Origin: Candidatus Harrisonbacteria bacterium
GTDB lineage: Bacteria; Patescibacteriota; Minisyncoccia; UBA6257; 1-14-0-10-44-23
DNA length: 64,000 nucleotides
NCBI GenBank assembly: GCA_023255625.1
Contig: JAHFLF010000002.1
Span: 39,734 to 103,733, forward strand
Direction: 5' to 3'
The position numbers and the translations under genes are program-made. The notes beneath the pieces are model-generated. The model saw only the letters and a program-made list of their open reading frames with translations. It made no database searches and was not told the DNA's origin. Of this stretch, positions 1-10,207 are shown one piece after another (within the stretch, counting starts at the first letter, position 1; every line of letters begins with the position of its first letter).

Positions 1-303
1 CATCGCGGCGCGGCGGCCTAGACCGAAGACTCTACGGCCCTCGCCCCGCAGTCGGTCCCCGATGCCCCTTACGAGAGGGATCTCGGGACAGACCACGACG
101 AGATCGGGCTTCTCTGTGGAGGCGAGGCGAGAAATCCCGTCGAGGTCATCGGCCTTCATCGGCCGGTTCTCGCACTTCTCTTCCTCTGCGGTGCCAGCGT
201 TGCCAGGCACCACCAGGACTTTGTTCACGCCAGAGCTTCTGCGGAGACTGCGGGCAATTCGGTGTGTTCGCCCGTCGCTACCTACAACCATGACTGTGCT
301 CAT
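1..303 (-). CDS. purD: Phosphoribosylamine-glycine ligase (PurD)-like protein, N-terminal part, runs off the window edge; not in ORF track
   Basis: Manual translation from ATG 303: MSTVMVVGSDGRTHRIARSLRRSSGVNKVLVVPGNAGTAEEEKCENRPMKADDLDGISRLASTEKPDLVVVCPEIPLVRGIGDRLRGEGRRVFGLGRRAAM, matching the GARS_N pattern (GSGGREH..PGNAG..VVGPEAPL..FGP). SD GGGAG upstream. Confidence 0.75.
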   Translation of the reverse strand, partial: MSTVMVVGSDGRTHRIARSLRRSSGVNKVLVVPGNAGTAEEEKCENRPMKADDLDGISRLASTEKPDLVVVCPEIPLVRGIGDRLRGEGRRVFGLGRRAAM

Positions 304-361
304 GACCTGAGTAACTCCCTTCGAGGCGGTGATGGGCAGCACGACGCGTGCGCCCATCGGG

Positions 362-391
362 AGTATAGGTCTCCTCGACTACTTTTTGCAA
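362..391 (-). promoter_or_regulatory. sigma70-like promoter for purD-like gene
   Basis: TTGCAA-N18-TATACT on minus strand, followed by a GATGGGC/GCCCATC leader hairpin. Confidence 0.5.
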
Positions 392-427
392 CCCTTTTAG
401 TATTTTCTACAAACTACTCACTACCAA

Positions 428-1570
428 CTACAAACTTTCTAAAAAAATCTCCCCGGCGCGTTTCCAGGACAAGCGCGTACTGCCAAGGACGCGGGCTTTG
501 AGTCCCATTTGAGCGAGCTTCTCCGGATCTTTGAGTAGCTCTTGAATCGCGTCAGCAAAAACATGTGGATTGCCGGGCGGGACGAGCTTGCCGGTGATGC
601 CATCATCAACCTGTTCGGGCAGACCACCAACTTCTGTGGCAATCACTGGCCGGCCGATAGCGAGTGCCAGCGAGATCATGCCCGACTGACTCGCCTGCCG
701 ATATGGCAGCACAAGCAGGTCGCAGCCAGCGACAAAGCCGGCGGTTTCGGCGGGGGTGAGCCAGCGGTTTTCAAGGATGACTCCCAAGTCGTGTATCTTG
801 TAGCGCGTATCGTCATCAAGCTCGCCGCGGCCAGCAATTAGCAAGTTTGCGTTAACTCCGCGATTTTTCAAAATTTGGAAAGCATCCACAAGATCAGAGA
901 TTCCTTTGTAGGGCTCTATTCGGCCGATGCAGGCAATCAGCGGCTTGGTTTTTTCAGCAAAGCGCGGGTCAATCTTTATGTCTTTGGTGGCAGAGATGTA
1001 CGCGCCGAGGGGAAGAGCGGTAATCAGCTTGTCAGGTAATCGGGTAATCAGCTCGGAGCGGACGAAGTCGCTATAACAGACAACGGTGTCAGCCGATTTG
1101 AGAAATGATTGCTCAAGATTTTTGGAAAAACTGTTTCGGGTTTCCTTCTCACCAAAAGGATTTTCGTGCGCCGCGGCAAACCACCGGACTTCGCTAAAGC
1201 TTCGACCGGCAAGTCGGAATTTGAGCACGCTATGTGCCCGCGCCACAATCCAGAGCCAGGGGTGGAAGTGGGTGGTGAAAATAGTTAGTTGGTTAGTTGG
1301 TTGCTTGGTTAATTGGAGAATCAACGAAAGAAGCCGTAGTGGGCGGATTAAGGTGCAGCTCCAAAAAATGAACGAAAACGGTGAAGATGAAAAAGTCGGG
1401 ATAATTTTAACTGTACGAAAGCGATTGGAGATAAATTCTTTCTTGAGCTCATTGCCTGCGGCAATAATAATGTCGTGCTCTGTGTGTAGTTCGCACAGTG
1501 CGTTAGAAAACTCCAGAGAGTCCCGCGGCGCCGCACCGGATTTTTGCAGTGAAATAAGTAAAAGTTTCAT
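428..1570 (-). CDS. Glycosyltransferase family 4
   Basis: GRIEPYKG, LPYRQASQSG, VIATEVGGLPE GT-B motifs. Confidence 0.9.
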   Translation of the reverse strand: MKLLLISLQKSGAAPRDSLEFSNALCELHTEHDIIIAAGNELKKEFISNRFRTVKIIPTFSSSPFSFIFWSCTLIRPLRLLSLILQLTKQPTNQLTIFTTHFHPWLWIVARAHSVLKFRLAGRSFSEVRWFAAAHENPFGEKETRNSFSKNLEQSFLKSADTVVCYSDFVRSELITRLPDKLITALPLGAYISATKDIKIDPRFAEKTKPLIACIGRIEPYKGISDLVDAFQILKNRGVNANLLIAGRGELDDDTRYKIHDLGVILENRWLTPAETAGFVAGCDLLVLPYRQASQSGMISLALAIGRPVIATEVGGLPEQVDDGITGKLVPPGNPHVFADAIQELLKDPEKLAQMGLKARVLGSTRLSWKRAGEIFLESL

Positions 1571-1763
1571 AATAGGCTGCGCCCCTCCAATATTTCATTT
1601 TCAAGCGGCCGCTTGGAAGTGTAATATTGGGCGGAGTAAATTTAGGGTAAGGAATGACAGCTTATTTATAAAATTGATCAGGTGCTAATTTTAATATCTT
1701 ACCGACATTAAATCAAATGCATTCCCCTCTTATTTATGTTAAGATTTTTAAAATCTTAAGCGC

Positions 1764-3146
1764 ATGCTTTTTAATTCGTTTTCTTACATTGTTCTCTTTT
1801 TGCCGGCAGTTTTTACCATTTATTTTTTGCTTGCGAAATTATATAAAGGCCGCGCCGCACAGTGGTGGCTCGTAATCGCTTCCTTGTTTTTTTACGCTTA
1901 TTGGGATATTCGTTTCCTACCGTTATTGCTTCTCTCGATTTTAATTAATTTTTTTCTCGGTCGCTATCTACACCGGGCCAAACAGCAAGGAGCGCCCGGT
2001 CGCTGGATTTTTATCGCCGGTCTTATTTTTAATATCGGCCTTTTACTTATCTTCAAATATACGAACTTTTTTATTGAAAACGCGAACTTCCTAACCGGAA
2101 GCCACCTTTCGCTTTTCACCTTAATCCTGCCTCTTGGTATAAGTTTTTTTACTTTTACTCAAATTGCTTATTTGGCCGATGTGTACGCGGGCAAAGCCGT
2201 AAGCACCGATATAGCGGATTATTCGCTCTTCGTTACATTTTTCCCGCACCTACTGGCCGGGCCGATAATCCATCACAGCAAAATCATGCCGCAGTTTCGT
2301 GAGCCGGAAAATCATTTAGTGCAACCATCAAATATCCGAACCGGCCTTTTCCTTTTCTTTTCCGGCTTGGCCAAAAAAGTCGTCATCGCTGATTTTTTTG
2401 CAAAATGGGCCGATGCCGGTTTTGGTACAGTCGCGCCGCTTGGCACGACGGCCTGCTGGGTGGCAATTCTCTCCTATACTGTCCAGATTTACTTTGATTT
2501 CAGTGGTTACAGCGACATGGCGGTCGGTGCTGCTCTCTTTTTTAACATCAAACTGCCGATCAACTTTAATTCTCCTTACAAAGCGCTGAACATTCAAGAT
2601 TTTTGGCGAAGATGGCATATCACTTTAGGCAGCTTTTTGCGAGAATACATTTACATCCCGCTGGGCGGCAGCCGCAAAAGTAATCGCACAACTTATCGAA
2701 ATCTATTTCTGGTCTTTCTGATCGGCGGACTCTGGCACGGTGCCGGCTGGACATTTGTGATTTGGGGCGCTTTGCACGGCGCGGCAATGGTTGTCCATCG
2801 TTTTTGGAGCAAAGCCGGATATAAGTTGCCGACTCCGCTGGCCTGGTTTTCCACCTTTCTTTTTATTAATATCACTTGGGTCTTCTTCCGTTCGGGAAGT
2901 TTAACCCAGGCGCTAATCATGCTTCGCTCTCTCTTCACATTTACCCCCTCCCCGACCGCTTTTAGCTGGACGATAGTGGCTGCGCTTTGCGGAATCTTTG
3001 CTTTTATTCTATTGCTTAAAAATTCCAACTATTATGCCGAAAAATTCCGGCCCTCACTCATTGGCACAGTGTATCTCTACGCGTTATTTTTTATCGGATT
3101 TTACTTTCTGAACAATTTTTCACAATTTATTTATTTTAATTTCTGA
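1764..3146 (+). CDS. MBOAT family O-acyltransferase (AlgI/DltB-like)
   Basis: LPLGISFFTF, YFDFSGYSDMA, FWRRWHITL, GLWHGAGWTF motifs. Confidence 0.95.
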   Translation: MLFNSFSYIVLFLPAVFTIYFLLAKLYKGRAAQWWLVIASLFFYAYWDIRFLPLLLLSILINFFLGRYLHRAKQQGAPGRWIFIAGLIFNIGLLLIFKYTNFFIENANFLTGSHLSLFTLILPLGISFFTFTQIAYLADVYAGKAVSTDIADYSLFVTFFPHLLAGPIIHHSKIMPQFREPENHLVQPSNIRTGLFLFFSGLAKKVVIADFFAKWADAGFGTVAPLGTTACWVAILSYTVQIYFDFSGYSDMAVGAALFFNIKLPINFNSPYKALNIQDFWRRWHITLGSFLREYIYIPLGGSRKSNRTTYRNLFLVFLIGGLWHGAGWTFVIWGALHGAAMVVHRFWSKAGYKLPTPLAWFSTFLFINITWVFFRSGSLTQALIMLRSLFTFTPSPTAFSWTIVAALCGIFAFILLLKNSNYYAEKFRPSLIGTVYLYALFFIGFYFLNNFSQFIYFNF

Positions 3147-3150
3147 TTTT

Positions 3151-4116
3151 ATGAATTTTAAAAAAATCATAAATGACAAAGCTCTTATTTGCATCTTTGT
3201 CGCGCTCGCGGCATCAACCCTGATGTTAGGATCCACTCTATTTTTGCTAGATATTTCAAGAAGTAGCGATGACGAGCTAAGAAAATTTCGAATTGCAAAG
3301 CTCACGGAGCCCACCGCCGTAAGCACAATAATTATCGGCGACAGTTCCGCCGGCGCAGCTCTGAATAGCTCCCTTTTTTCTAAACTTTCCGATCGTAGCA
3401 CTAAAAATCTTTCCCTGACTGTTGACGACGGAATTGTCGGGAGTTATTTGATGCTGGAAAAAGCATTGGCCGTTCATCCGGAGATCGAAACGGTCATCAT
3501 AATGCAGACTGCGGATGTTTGGCGCAAGCATTTTTCTAGTGAGGCGTATTTTGAACTAACCCGCCGGCCTGATTTCTGGCCCGGGCAGACCCGTTTTAGC
3601 TCCAGCACATCACTCATCGATTTTATGGCATACGCGACCGACCTGCACCGGCCACTTCGCGTAATCAATTACGCAGCGAAAAAGGTGTTTAATCCGCAAT
3701 GGCGCATTAGTGTTGATCCGGAGCTTGAGCAGGTAACACAACTACCGGAAACCTTTGCCGGCGGGCAGCTGCAAGTTGAGCCGTCATTTCGCCTATCTCG
3801 AACCATGGAGCCGGTTCAAATTTCATCATTCAAAATGATTGACCAGTTATGCGCGCGCCGTTCCCTGCGATGCGTTTTCCTTTTCGGCCCCATTCATGAA
3901 GCGGTCATTAAAAATTCGCCTGCGGAGCTAGCGGAGATTATTCATAATGTTACCGAGATCGCAAAACATATAAAAGTTATTCAAACAGTCCTGCTGCTAA
4001 AAAATGAGCAGGTGGGCGACACAATCAACCATGTGCTGCCGGCGTATAAAGACAAGATCACGGAAAAAATCTATCGAATTATAGAAAACGATTTAGCGTC
4101 AACTGACAGAAAATAA
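3151..4116 (+). CDS. Membrane-anchored SGNH/DltD-like partner of the MBOAT acyltransferase
   Basis: N-terminal TM, IIIGDSS nucleophile motif, C-terminal DTINH; 4 bp after MBOAT gene. Confidence 0.6.
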   Translation: MNFKKIINDKALICIFVALAASTLMLGSTLFLLDISRSSDDELRKFRIAKLTEPTAVSTIIIGDSSAGAALNSSLFSKLSDRSTKNLSLTVDDGIVGSYLMLEKALAVHPEIETVIIMQTADVWRKHFSSEAYFELTRRPDFWPGQTRFSSSTSLIDFMAYATDLHRPLRVINYAAKKVFNPQWRISVDPELEQVTQLPETFAGGQLQVEPSFRLSRTMEPVQISSFKMIDQLCARRSLRCVFLFGPIHEAVIKNSPAELAEIIHNVTEIAKHIKVIQTVLLLKNEQVGDTINHVLPAYKDKITEKIYRIIENDLASTDRK

Positions 4117-4170
4117 CCGGTTATCCGGCAAGATTTTTTTCTTTTCCGCCGGGTAATGTTTCCATCGCAT

Positions 4171-4797
4171 CTAAATTATCAGTTGATATACCTCAAAACC
4201 CTCAAAATATTTTCCTCCATGGTAAATCTGCAAGGCCATAAAATCAGCCAAACCTTTCACTGCCCGGTCCGCCATATAAACATTGGCTCCTTGAGAGTGA
4301 TGAATTTTTGTGGCTTTGGTTTTGAGATTAATCGTCGCGGTAACATCAACATACATATTCGGTGTAAATTGCCGATTCGAGCTCGGCGTTTGATAATATA
4401 AAATCATTGGCACAAATCGCCCTGCTGAAACTGCCGCCCGGGCAACTGCGCGATGATCCTGGTGGGTGTCGTTTGGAGAATTGACAATAATGCAGGTCGG
4501 TTTGAACTCTTTGATGACATGCTCCAGCATGGAGATCGTTGGATGTCCCTCCGGAATTGCGGTATCCGGTAGTTCACCAAAATACACTTTGGCATTAATC
4601 AGTTTCGCCGAGGTGAGCGCCTCATCGCGGCGCTTCTGTTCCTCGCCGCCAACTCCGCCGCAGGTTGCCACAAAATGAGCAATCCGACTCCCGTGCTTTC
4701 TATATTTTGCGAGAGTACCAAAACAACCTAGCTCAATATCGTCCGGGTGCGGTCCGATTGCTAAAATCCGACTGAATAATTCGGTAGGTTTTTTCAT
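4171..4797 (-). CDS. PIG-L/LmbE family deacetylase
   Basis: GPHPDDIELG, RRDEA, DTHQDH motifs. Confidence 0.92.
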   Translation of the reverse strand: MKKPTELFSRILAIGPHPDDIELGCFGTLAKYRKHGSRIAHFVATCGGVGGEEQKRRDEALTSAKLINAKVYFGELPDTAIPEGHPTISMLEHVIKEFKPTCIIVNSPNDTHQDHRAVARAAVSAGRFVPMILYYQTPSSNRQFTPNMYVDVTATINLKTKATKIHHSQGANVYMADRAVKGLADFMALQIYHGGKYFEGFEVYQLII

Positions 4798-4843
4798 ACA
4801 AAAAATTATATCATGATTTTTAAAATTTGCAAGAGAAGCATCA

Positions 4844-5566
4844 TTACTTTTCCACCCGCTTCATCAAAAAATCATAACCCTCAAGCACAGTCATCAAACG
4901 AAAACCGAGCGCATCGAGCTCACTTAAAGTTTTTAAATAATCGGAGCTGTAATCGCCGTTTTGGGTTGGCCAAATTTCGATCAAAAGATAATCAGTCTGG
5001 CGCAGCATCATTTGTGCGCCAGCAATCACCTCTTGCTGCACGCCCTCTACATCGATTTTCATAAAATCGATACGTCCGATATTTTCTTGTTTTGCTATAG
5101 CATCCAGTCGTTCCAGTTGAATGGTTTCCTGACCGATATGTATTTTTTGCTCCATTGTCAAAGAGCTACGGTCAGGATTTGGGTGGAGATTGAGCCGTCC
5201 CTCGCTCGCCCTGCTGAATAATCCAATTTTAAAGAAAAGGACGCGTTCGCCAAAGCGTTTTAATTTTTTGCGCGCGGCTAAGAATGAAGAGGTCTGCGGC
5301 TCAAAAAAATACACGCGTGCTGCGGGAAATTTTTTTAAATAGGCAAAGGTAAATTCACCGTCTGCTCCCCCAACCTCGACGATCGTTTTCATTATTTTCC
5401 CCTGTTTATGTTGGTCTTTTGCAATAATTTCCATTGCCAGGTGAATGCCGTTTTTACCGACAAGTGCGTGCTTAAGCGGGCGCAGGATGCGCTTGGCTGT
5501 TTTTACGGACTGGTATCCGAAAAATTGATCTGCGAAAATACCGTATAGTTTATCTAAAAATCCCAT
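4844..5566 (-). CDS. FkbM family methyltransferase
   Basis: EVGGADG, FFEP, IDFMKIDVEG. Confidence 0.9.
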   Translation of the reverse strand: MGFLDKLYGIFADQFFGYQSVKTAKRILRPLKHALVGKNGIHLAMEIIAKDQHKQGKIMKTIVEVGGADGEFTFAYLKKFPAARVYFFEPQTSSFLAARKKLKRFGERVLFFKIGLFSRASEGRLNLHPNPDRSSLTMEQKIHIGQETIQLERLDAIAKQENIGRIDFMKIDVEGVQQEVIAGAQMMLRQTDYLLIEIWPTQNGDYSSDYLKTLSELDALGFRLMTVLEGYDFLMKRVEK

Positions 5567-5597
5567 AGCGCAATCGTATTACAGAAGATTAAGTAAA

Positions 5598-6263
5598 TCA
5601 ATAATCTCCATTCATCAGAAAATCTAATTCTGAACAATAAGGCAAAAACGGCTCATATTGTTGCTGGTATGGTTTTTGCATTATTTCTTCCGGAGTGAGA
5701 AAAATCACTTCTATGTTATTTTTATTAAAATCCTCTACTCGCAGGTTATCCTTTGCCCAGGATGTGCCGGTATAGTATTTATCGGCCTTCAGTGCCAGAC
5801 AAATTTCTAATACCTTGTCTGATCCCTTGCTCGCAATACGCATCTCCGATGCAAAAGTGATGGTCGCGCGCAGATTCAAAAGTTCCTTGAAAAGAATGAT
5901 TAGGTCGGCGTTTAATGCAACCAGATATTGGTGATTTTTAGAATAAACCGCGGCTATTTTTGGAAACACATTTTGGAAATTTTTTGCGCGGCTGTAATGC
6001 ATTTCTATTTTTTTCAAATGCCCGACTCTCCAGTCTTTTGTAGTGTCAACGAGTATGTCTTTGATTAAAGTCTCTCTAGGTTGATGTTTCACCGGTACAG
6101 TCAGCCACTCCTCTCCCTTCTCGGTCCGAATCTTAACCCGATTATGGTATTCTTTTCGCTCGTACTGGACATCGTCAAATAAAACAAAGCAGTCGCACAA
6201 AACCATTTTGCCAAAGAAACCCGACCAGGGCATAAAATTTGGTTGATGTATACCGACCTTCAT
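5598..6263 (-). CDS. wbqC: WbqC family protein
   Basis: IHQPNFMPWSGFF, DDVQY, NRVKI, WLTVPV, YQQQYEPFLP. Confidence 0.9.
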   Translation of the reverse strand: MKVGIHQPNFMPWSGFFGKMVLCDCFVLFDDVQYERKEYHNRVKIRTEKGEEWLTVPVKHQPRETLIKDILVDTTKDWRVGHLKKIEMHYSRAKNFQNVFPKIAAVYSKNHQYLVALNADLIILFKELLNLRATITFASEMRIASKGSDKVLEICLALKADKYYTGTSWAKDNLRVEDFNKNNIEVIFLTPEEIMQKPYQQQYEPFLPYCSELDFLMNGDY

Positions 6264-7297
6264 ATTTTTTTTATTTTTAAATACTTTTGAATATTTTCCA
6301 GGTGCTTCTTACAGACCGCCTCCGGACTATGAATTTCATTAATGTAGCGGGCATTTTTTTCAACGAAATCTAAGCGGAACTGCGGATTGGCCAAAAGCCG
6401 CATCGCTAGCTCCGGCAATTTTTCCATCGGTACTTTAATAATTTCGTAGTTGTCGAGCGTCACAATTGGTTTTTTACAAGCCATAACCTGCATCGGCAGA
6501 AGTGAAAGCGCGCCAATCGCAGAATCGCCAAAGACCAGATCGCTGCCCCGAATAACTGCCGCTAATTTTGGCTTGTCCATATACGGAAGCCAGGAATAAT
6601 TGGGGGAGTTTTTAGTTACTTGTTTGTAATGAGCAGTTAATTCCCCGGTTTCAAGCAAATGTAGCACTGCTTCCGGATATTTCGGCAGGATATTTTTTTC
6701 AAAAATATCAAAAACAAATTCTATTTTTTTATCACCGTGCAGCCGTGCCGCTAAAAAAATCGCTGGATTACCGGCTAATTTTATAACTGGCCCGGTCGGA
6801 TTAAACTGCTCGGTATCAATCGGGTTTGGCAGCCACTGTGGAGTGCGACCGCACCACTCTGCGATTGGTTTTACTAAATCGGGTGTAGAAACATACAGAA
6901 TATTTGGTTCTTGGATTTTAGCAATCACTTTTTTCTCAATCAGCTTATCAAAAAATTTACCAAGCCAAACCTTCCAAGAAGTATGCAAATCTTTCAGGTA
7001 GTCTTGGCCGCGGACACCGATATCAAATCCATGAATTTCAAATATTGATATCTGTTTCGGATATTTTTTGAAAAGTAAAAATGCTTCGGCCCGATTGAAT
7101 TGTACAACATCAAACTTTGCAACCTCGCCCCGAACATACATTTTTTTAAGAAGCAGATAATTCCGCCACACATACGAGATAGCTCTCTCCGGCTTATCAT
7201 ATCCGGGCGGCATAAAAGTAAAATCAAACTGCTCTGATAAATGCGCCTTGAAGAGCTGGTACTGAAAGTAAAAGGAATTAATAAGATATGAGCGCAT
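6260..7297 (-). CDS. Glycosyltransferase (GT-B, family 4-like)
   Basis: EIHGFD, WLPNPID, MQVMACKKPIV. Confidence 0.75.
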   Translation of the reverse strand: MRSYLINSFYFQYQLFKAHLSEQFDFTFMPPGYDKPERAISYVWRNYLLLKKMYVRGEVAKFDVVQFNRAEAFLLFKKYPKQISIFEIHGFDIGVRGQDYLKDLHTSWKVWLGKFFDKLIEKKVIAKIQEPNILYVSTPDLVKPIAEWCGRTPQWLPNPIDTEQFNPTGPVIKLAGNPAIFLAARLHGDKKIEFVFDIFEKNILPKYPEAVLHLLETGELTAHYKQVTKNSPNYSWLPYMDKPKLAAVIRGSDLVFGDSAIGALSLLPMQVMACKKPIVTLDNYEIIKVPMEKLPELAMRLLANPQFRLDFVEKNARYINEIHSPEAVCKKHLENIQKYLKIKKI

Positions 7298-7300
7298 AAA

Positions 7301-8152
7301 TTAAAAAAGCATTTTAATGCGGTACTTAAACCAACCAAGCTCGCCGAAATTTGGTCCGCGGGCGTTGCGCCGCGCATATTCATAGGCAAAACTGCCGGAC
7401 TTAGCAGTTAGGAACATTTTAAACGGTAGCGGCAGATATATTTTTTTTGCTTGTTTCGCCGCCCAGGCATGTTTTTCGGTCGTTCTTTTGCATAAATCAG
7501 CGCCGCCGTCTAGAAAAACAGTATTCTCGCGCGGTGGGAGCATTGATGTATATTCCCGACGGTCATCAAGTTGCCACACGACATCTATTTTTTCGGCAAA
7601 ATAACCAGTGAAATCCCAGATCACATCTAATGTTTTCGCGCACAAAGCATCTACTTCATTTTCGGAAATATTCGGAAAGCGAGCCCGAGCATCACGAATT
7701 TTTAAAAGCAGCTCGCGGGCAAAAAATTCATACTCCGGCACCCATTTTGTAATATATTCAACATCATTTAAATGAATTAGTTTTTCACGAACATACCCGG
7801 AAGTTTTTTTGTAGCGATAAAAATTATGTTGAAATGCATAAAAAAATGCGCAGCCCAACTTAATGAAACCGGCATTCTGCGGTGCCGGAGCCGCCGGCGG
7901 TATCGGCTGACCGAAGATACACTCCAGCCCTTCATACGGTAAATAGATTTGCTTGGTTTTAAATTCATCGACTAAGAAAATTTTCCGGATATCAACATCG
8001 GGATAGGAAAATTTTATAGGTATTTCCGCATCGGTGGTTAGGACAACAATCAGATCCAAATCGGAAAGTGGCGAGCCGTCACTAAAACCCGCTCGATATA
8101 CGGCGGCGAGCCGTTCGCCAAAATAATTCTGTAGAGCAGTAAGAACCTTCAT
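7301..8152 (-). CDS. Hypothetical protein with N-terminal nucleotidyltransferase-like motif
   Basis: VYRAGFSDGSPLSDLDLIVV resembles Pol-beta G[S]x..DxD motif. Confidence 0.55.
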   Translation of the reverse strand: MKVLTALQNYFGERLAAVYRAGFSDGSPLSDLDLIVVLTTDAEIPIKFSYPDVDIRKIFLVDEFKTKQIYLPYEGLECIFGQPIPPAAPAPQNAGFIKLGCAFFYAFQHNFYRYKKTSGYVREKLIHLNDVEYITKWVPEYEFFARELLLKIRDARARFPNISENEVDALCAKTLDVIWDFTGYFAEKIDVVWQLDDRREYTSMLPPRENTVFLDGGADLCKRTTEKHAWAAKQAKKIYLPLPFKMFLTAKSGSFAYEYARRNARGPNFGELGWFKYRIKMLF

Positions 8153-8158
8153 GCTAAC

Positions 8159-9103
8159 CTATAAATTTTTGAAATACTCGATCGTTTTTAAAAGTCCTTC
8201 GTCCGCAATCAACCGCAAGCACGAGTGTCTCTCGCAAAGTTTTTTTAAAGTTTCGTTATCGGAATCGAAAAGGAATTGCCAGCGCGTTGGATCAACTAGG
8301 GCGAGAGAGCCGTACGGACTATGCTGGGGTAATTCGGCGGTCAGATTATTAACTGCTAACATCGCCTGATATGCCTGTTCGCGCGGTAAAATATATTTTG
8401 CAAACCCCTCTCCGTGCGTTAAAAAGTAAATACCGCCGATCGGACAGGGCGCTACATCACTGCTTTGACCTTCAGGAAACGGAAATAATCTTTCGCCATC
8501 GGTCAATGCGAAATTTTCAGCTAATATTTCCGCATGCAATTCTCTCCGCAATGCGCTAACGAGCGTGCTTTTACCGCTCCCCGGTAGACCGACCGCCAAA
8601 TGTGCCTGACCTCCTATCTTGAAAGCAGCGGCAGAAATACCAACAATCTGCCAGCGCAAAGCGAGCTGCATGAATACGAGCTGCTGCGCGAATAAACGAA
8701 TTAAAGATCGGTAATAATTATTTTTAGTTTTAGAGCCGGAAAAAAATAATCGGTGAGCTAGATATCTAAAAAAATTCTTCTTAAACTTTACTTCGGCGTG
8801 CCACGGCGCAGTTAAGGTTGCTCTGGCCTCGATTTCATTTTCAAAAATGTACAAAGTATTATTTTTCTCATCCCAACCAAGTCCGCCGCCGAGAACATGC
8901 GGAGCATATTGCGACTGATTCAATCTCCAGGAGAAGCCTGGTAAAAATTGAACGACGACATGTACATCCGCTACATAGGCAGCATCTTTCCGCGGAGTAT
9001 CTATTTCAAAACCACGGAAGTATTCTTTAGCAAAAGCCAAAAAATCCCGATTGGAACTGGTGAGCACAAGTTTAACGCCATGAACTAGAAAATGTTGCCG
9101 CAT
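8159..9103 (-). CDS. HPr kinase-like P-loop protein
   Basis: ISAAAF..GQAHLAVGLPGSGKST..ILAEN..FPFP..IGGIYFL follows the HprK-related layout. Confidence 0.6.
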   Translation of the reverse strand: MRQHFLVHGVKLVLTSSNRDFLAFAKEYFRGFEIDTPRKDAAYVADVHVVVQFLPGFSWRLNQSQYAPHVLGGGLGWDEKNNTLYIFENEIEARATLTAPWHAEVKFKKNFFRYLAHRLFFSGSKTKNNYYRSLIRLFAQQLVFMQLALRWQIVGISAAAFKIGGQAHLAVGLPGSGKSTLVSALRRELHAEILAENFALTDGERLFPFPEGQSSDVAPCPIGGIYFLTHGEGFAKYILPREQAYQAMLAVNNLTAELPQHSPYGSLALVDPTRWQFLFDSDNETLKKLCERHSCLRLIADEGLLKTIEYFKNL

Positions 9104-9122
9104 AAAAACAGATTAATCTTAC

Positions 9123-10205
9123 TTATTGCAAAGAGACTTGCTTAGCAAACTCCTCTGGGCCGATCATATTCTGTACTTGCATATTAGTCCATTCTGCCAC
9201 ACTAGCCATATCTGCACGAATTGCGGCCGCAAAGTCATTTACGCCGGAGCATAGTTTACCAAGGCCAGATTTTTCTAATTCAGAAAAAATCGGAAGATCA
9301 GAAAACAAAACTTGGCAACCAGCCGCCGCCGCCTCAAGTGCGACCAGTGGAAGTGCCATAGTATGCATTTCGCTTGAAGGTGGTAAAATAACCGTATTTG
9401 TAGCTGCCAAGAAGGAGCGCATCTCTGGAATATTCCGCATAATTCTTATGTTGGCGGGCAACAATGGGTTCATTTCGGAGAGAAATTTTTGAATATGGCG
9501 CTCCTGCCTTGTACCAAACTTTCGGATCGCGAGCGTGAAATCGGCCTCTGGAATCTCGCGCGCCAGTGAAATTGCTGTATGCACGCCCGATTCAACATCG
9601 CTAGAGCTTAAATATGCGATACGGTAGCGATCCGCGCGGATTTTTGGTAAAACATCTTTTTGCTTAGTGAAAAAAACGGGCTCAACTTGATTTTGCTCCG
9701 CAGGAACACCGAGATCAATCAATCGATTAGCTAAATATTTAGAAAAGCAGCGGAAGCGAAGATTTTTTCGATGAGAATTTCTTATAACAAATCTTTTGCC
9801 CGGTCCAGACAGCTCCCGCATCGAAAAAATGCAGACAGTCACCGGCAAATTCTGTAGCTTTCGAAGAACGCTCTGCAGTGCTGGTAAGAAAGACCAGTCT
9901 AGGGAAAAAATAATCAGCTTTTCCGGCTGAAAATCAGTAATTTGGTTCACAATATTTTTTGCTGAAAGAAACCAGTGTAAGTACTTTAAAAAGCGAATTT
10001 TATTTGTAGAAAAGACATATCGTACATCACGGGTAAAAACCCCGGCCTCGCCGATGAACTTTTGATCCGGCCCGTAAGAATTTTGTGAAAAAATAAGCAA
10101 AGTATTCCCTGCTTCGCGCAGCGCACGGCAAGTTTCGTGCGCACTTTTCTGAATCCCTTCAATCAGCGGTTCGTGCTGTTCGGGAGCAAATAAGCAAATT
10201 TTCAT
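9123..10205 (-). CDS. Glycosyltransferase family 4-like
   Basis: ALPLVALEAAAAGCQVLFSDLP. Confidence 0.8.
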   Translation of the reverse strand: MKICLFAPEQHEPLIEGIQKSAHETCRALREAGNTLLIFSQNSYGPDQKFIGEAGVFTRDVRYVFSTNKIRFLKYLHWFLSAKNIVNQITDFQPEKLIIFSLDWSFLPALQSVLRKLQNLPVTVCIFSMRELSGPGKRFVIRNSHRKNLRFRCFSKYLANRLIDLGVPAEQNQVEPVFFTKQKDVLPKIRADRYRIAYLSSSDVESGVHTAISLAREIPEADFTLAIRKFGTRQERHIQKFLSEMNPLLPANIRIMRNIPEMRSFLAATNTVILPPSSEMHTMALPLVALEAAAAGCQVLFSDLPIFSELEKSGLGKLCSGVNDFAAAIRADMASVAEWTNMQVQNMIGPEEFAKQVSLQ

Positions 10206-10207
10206 AT

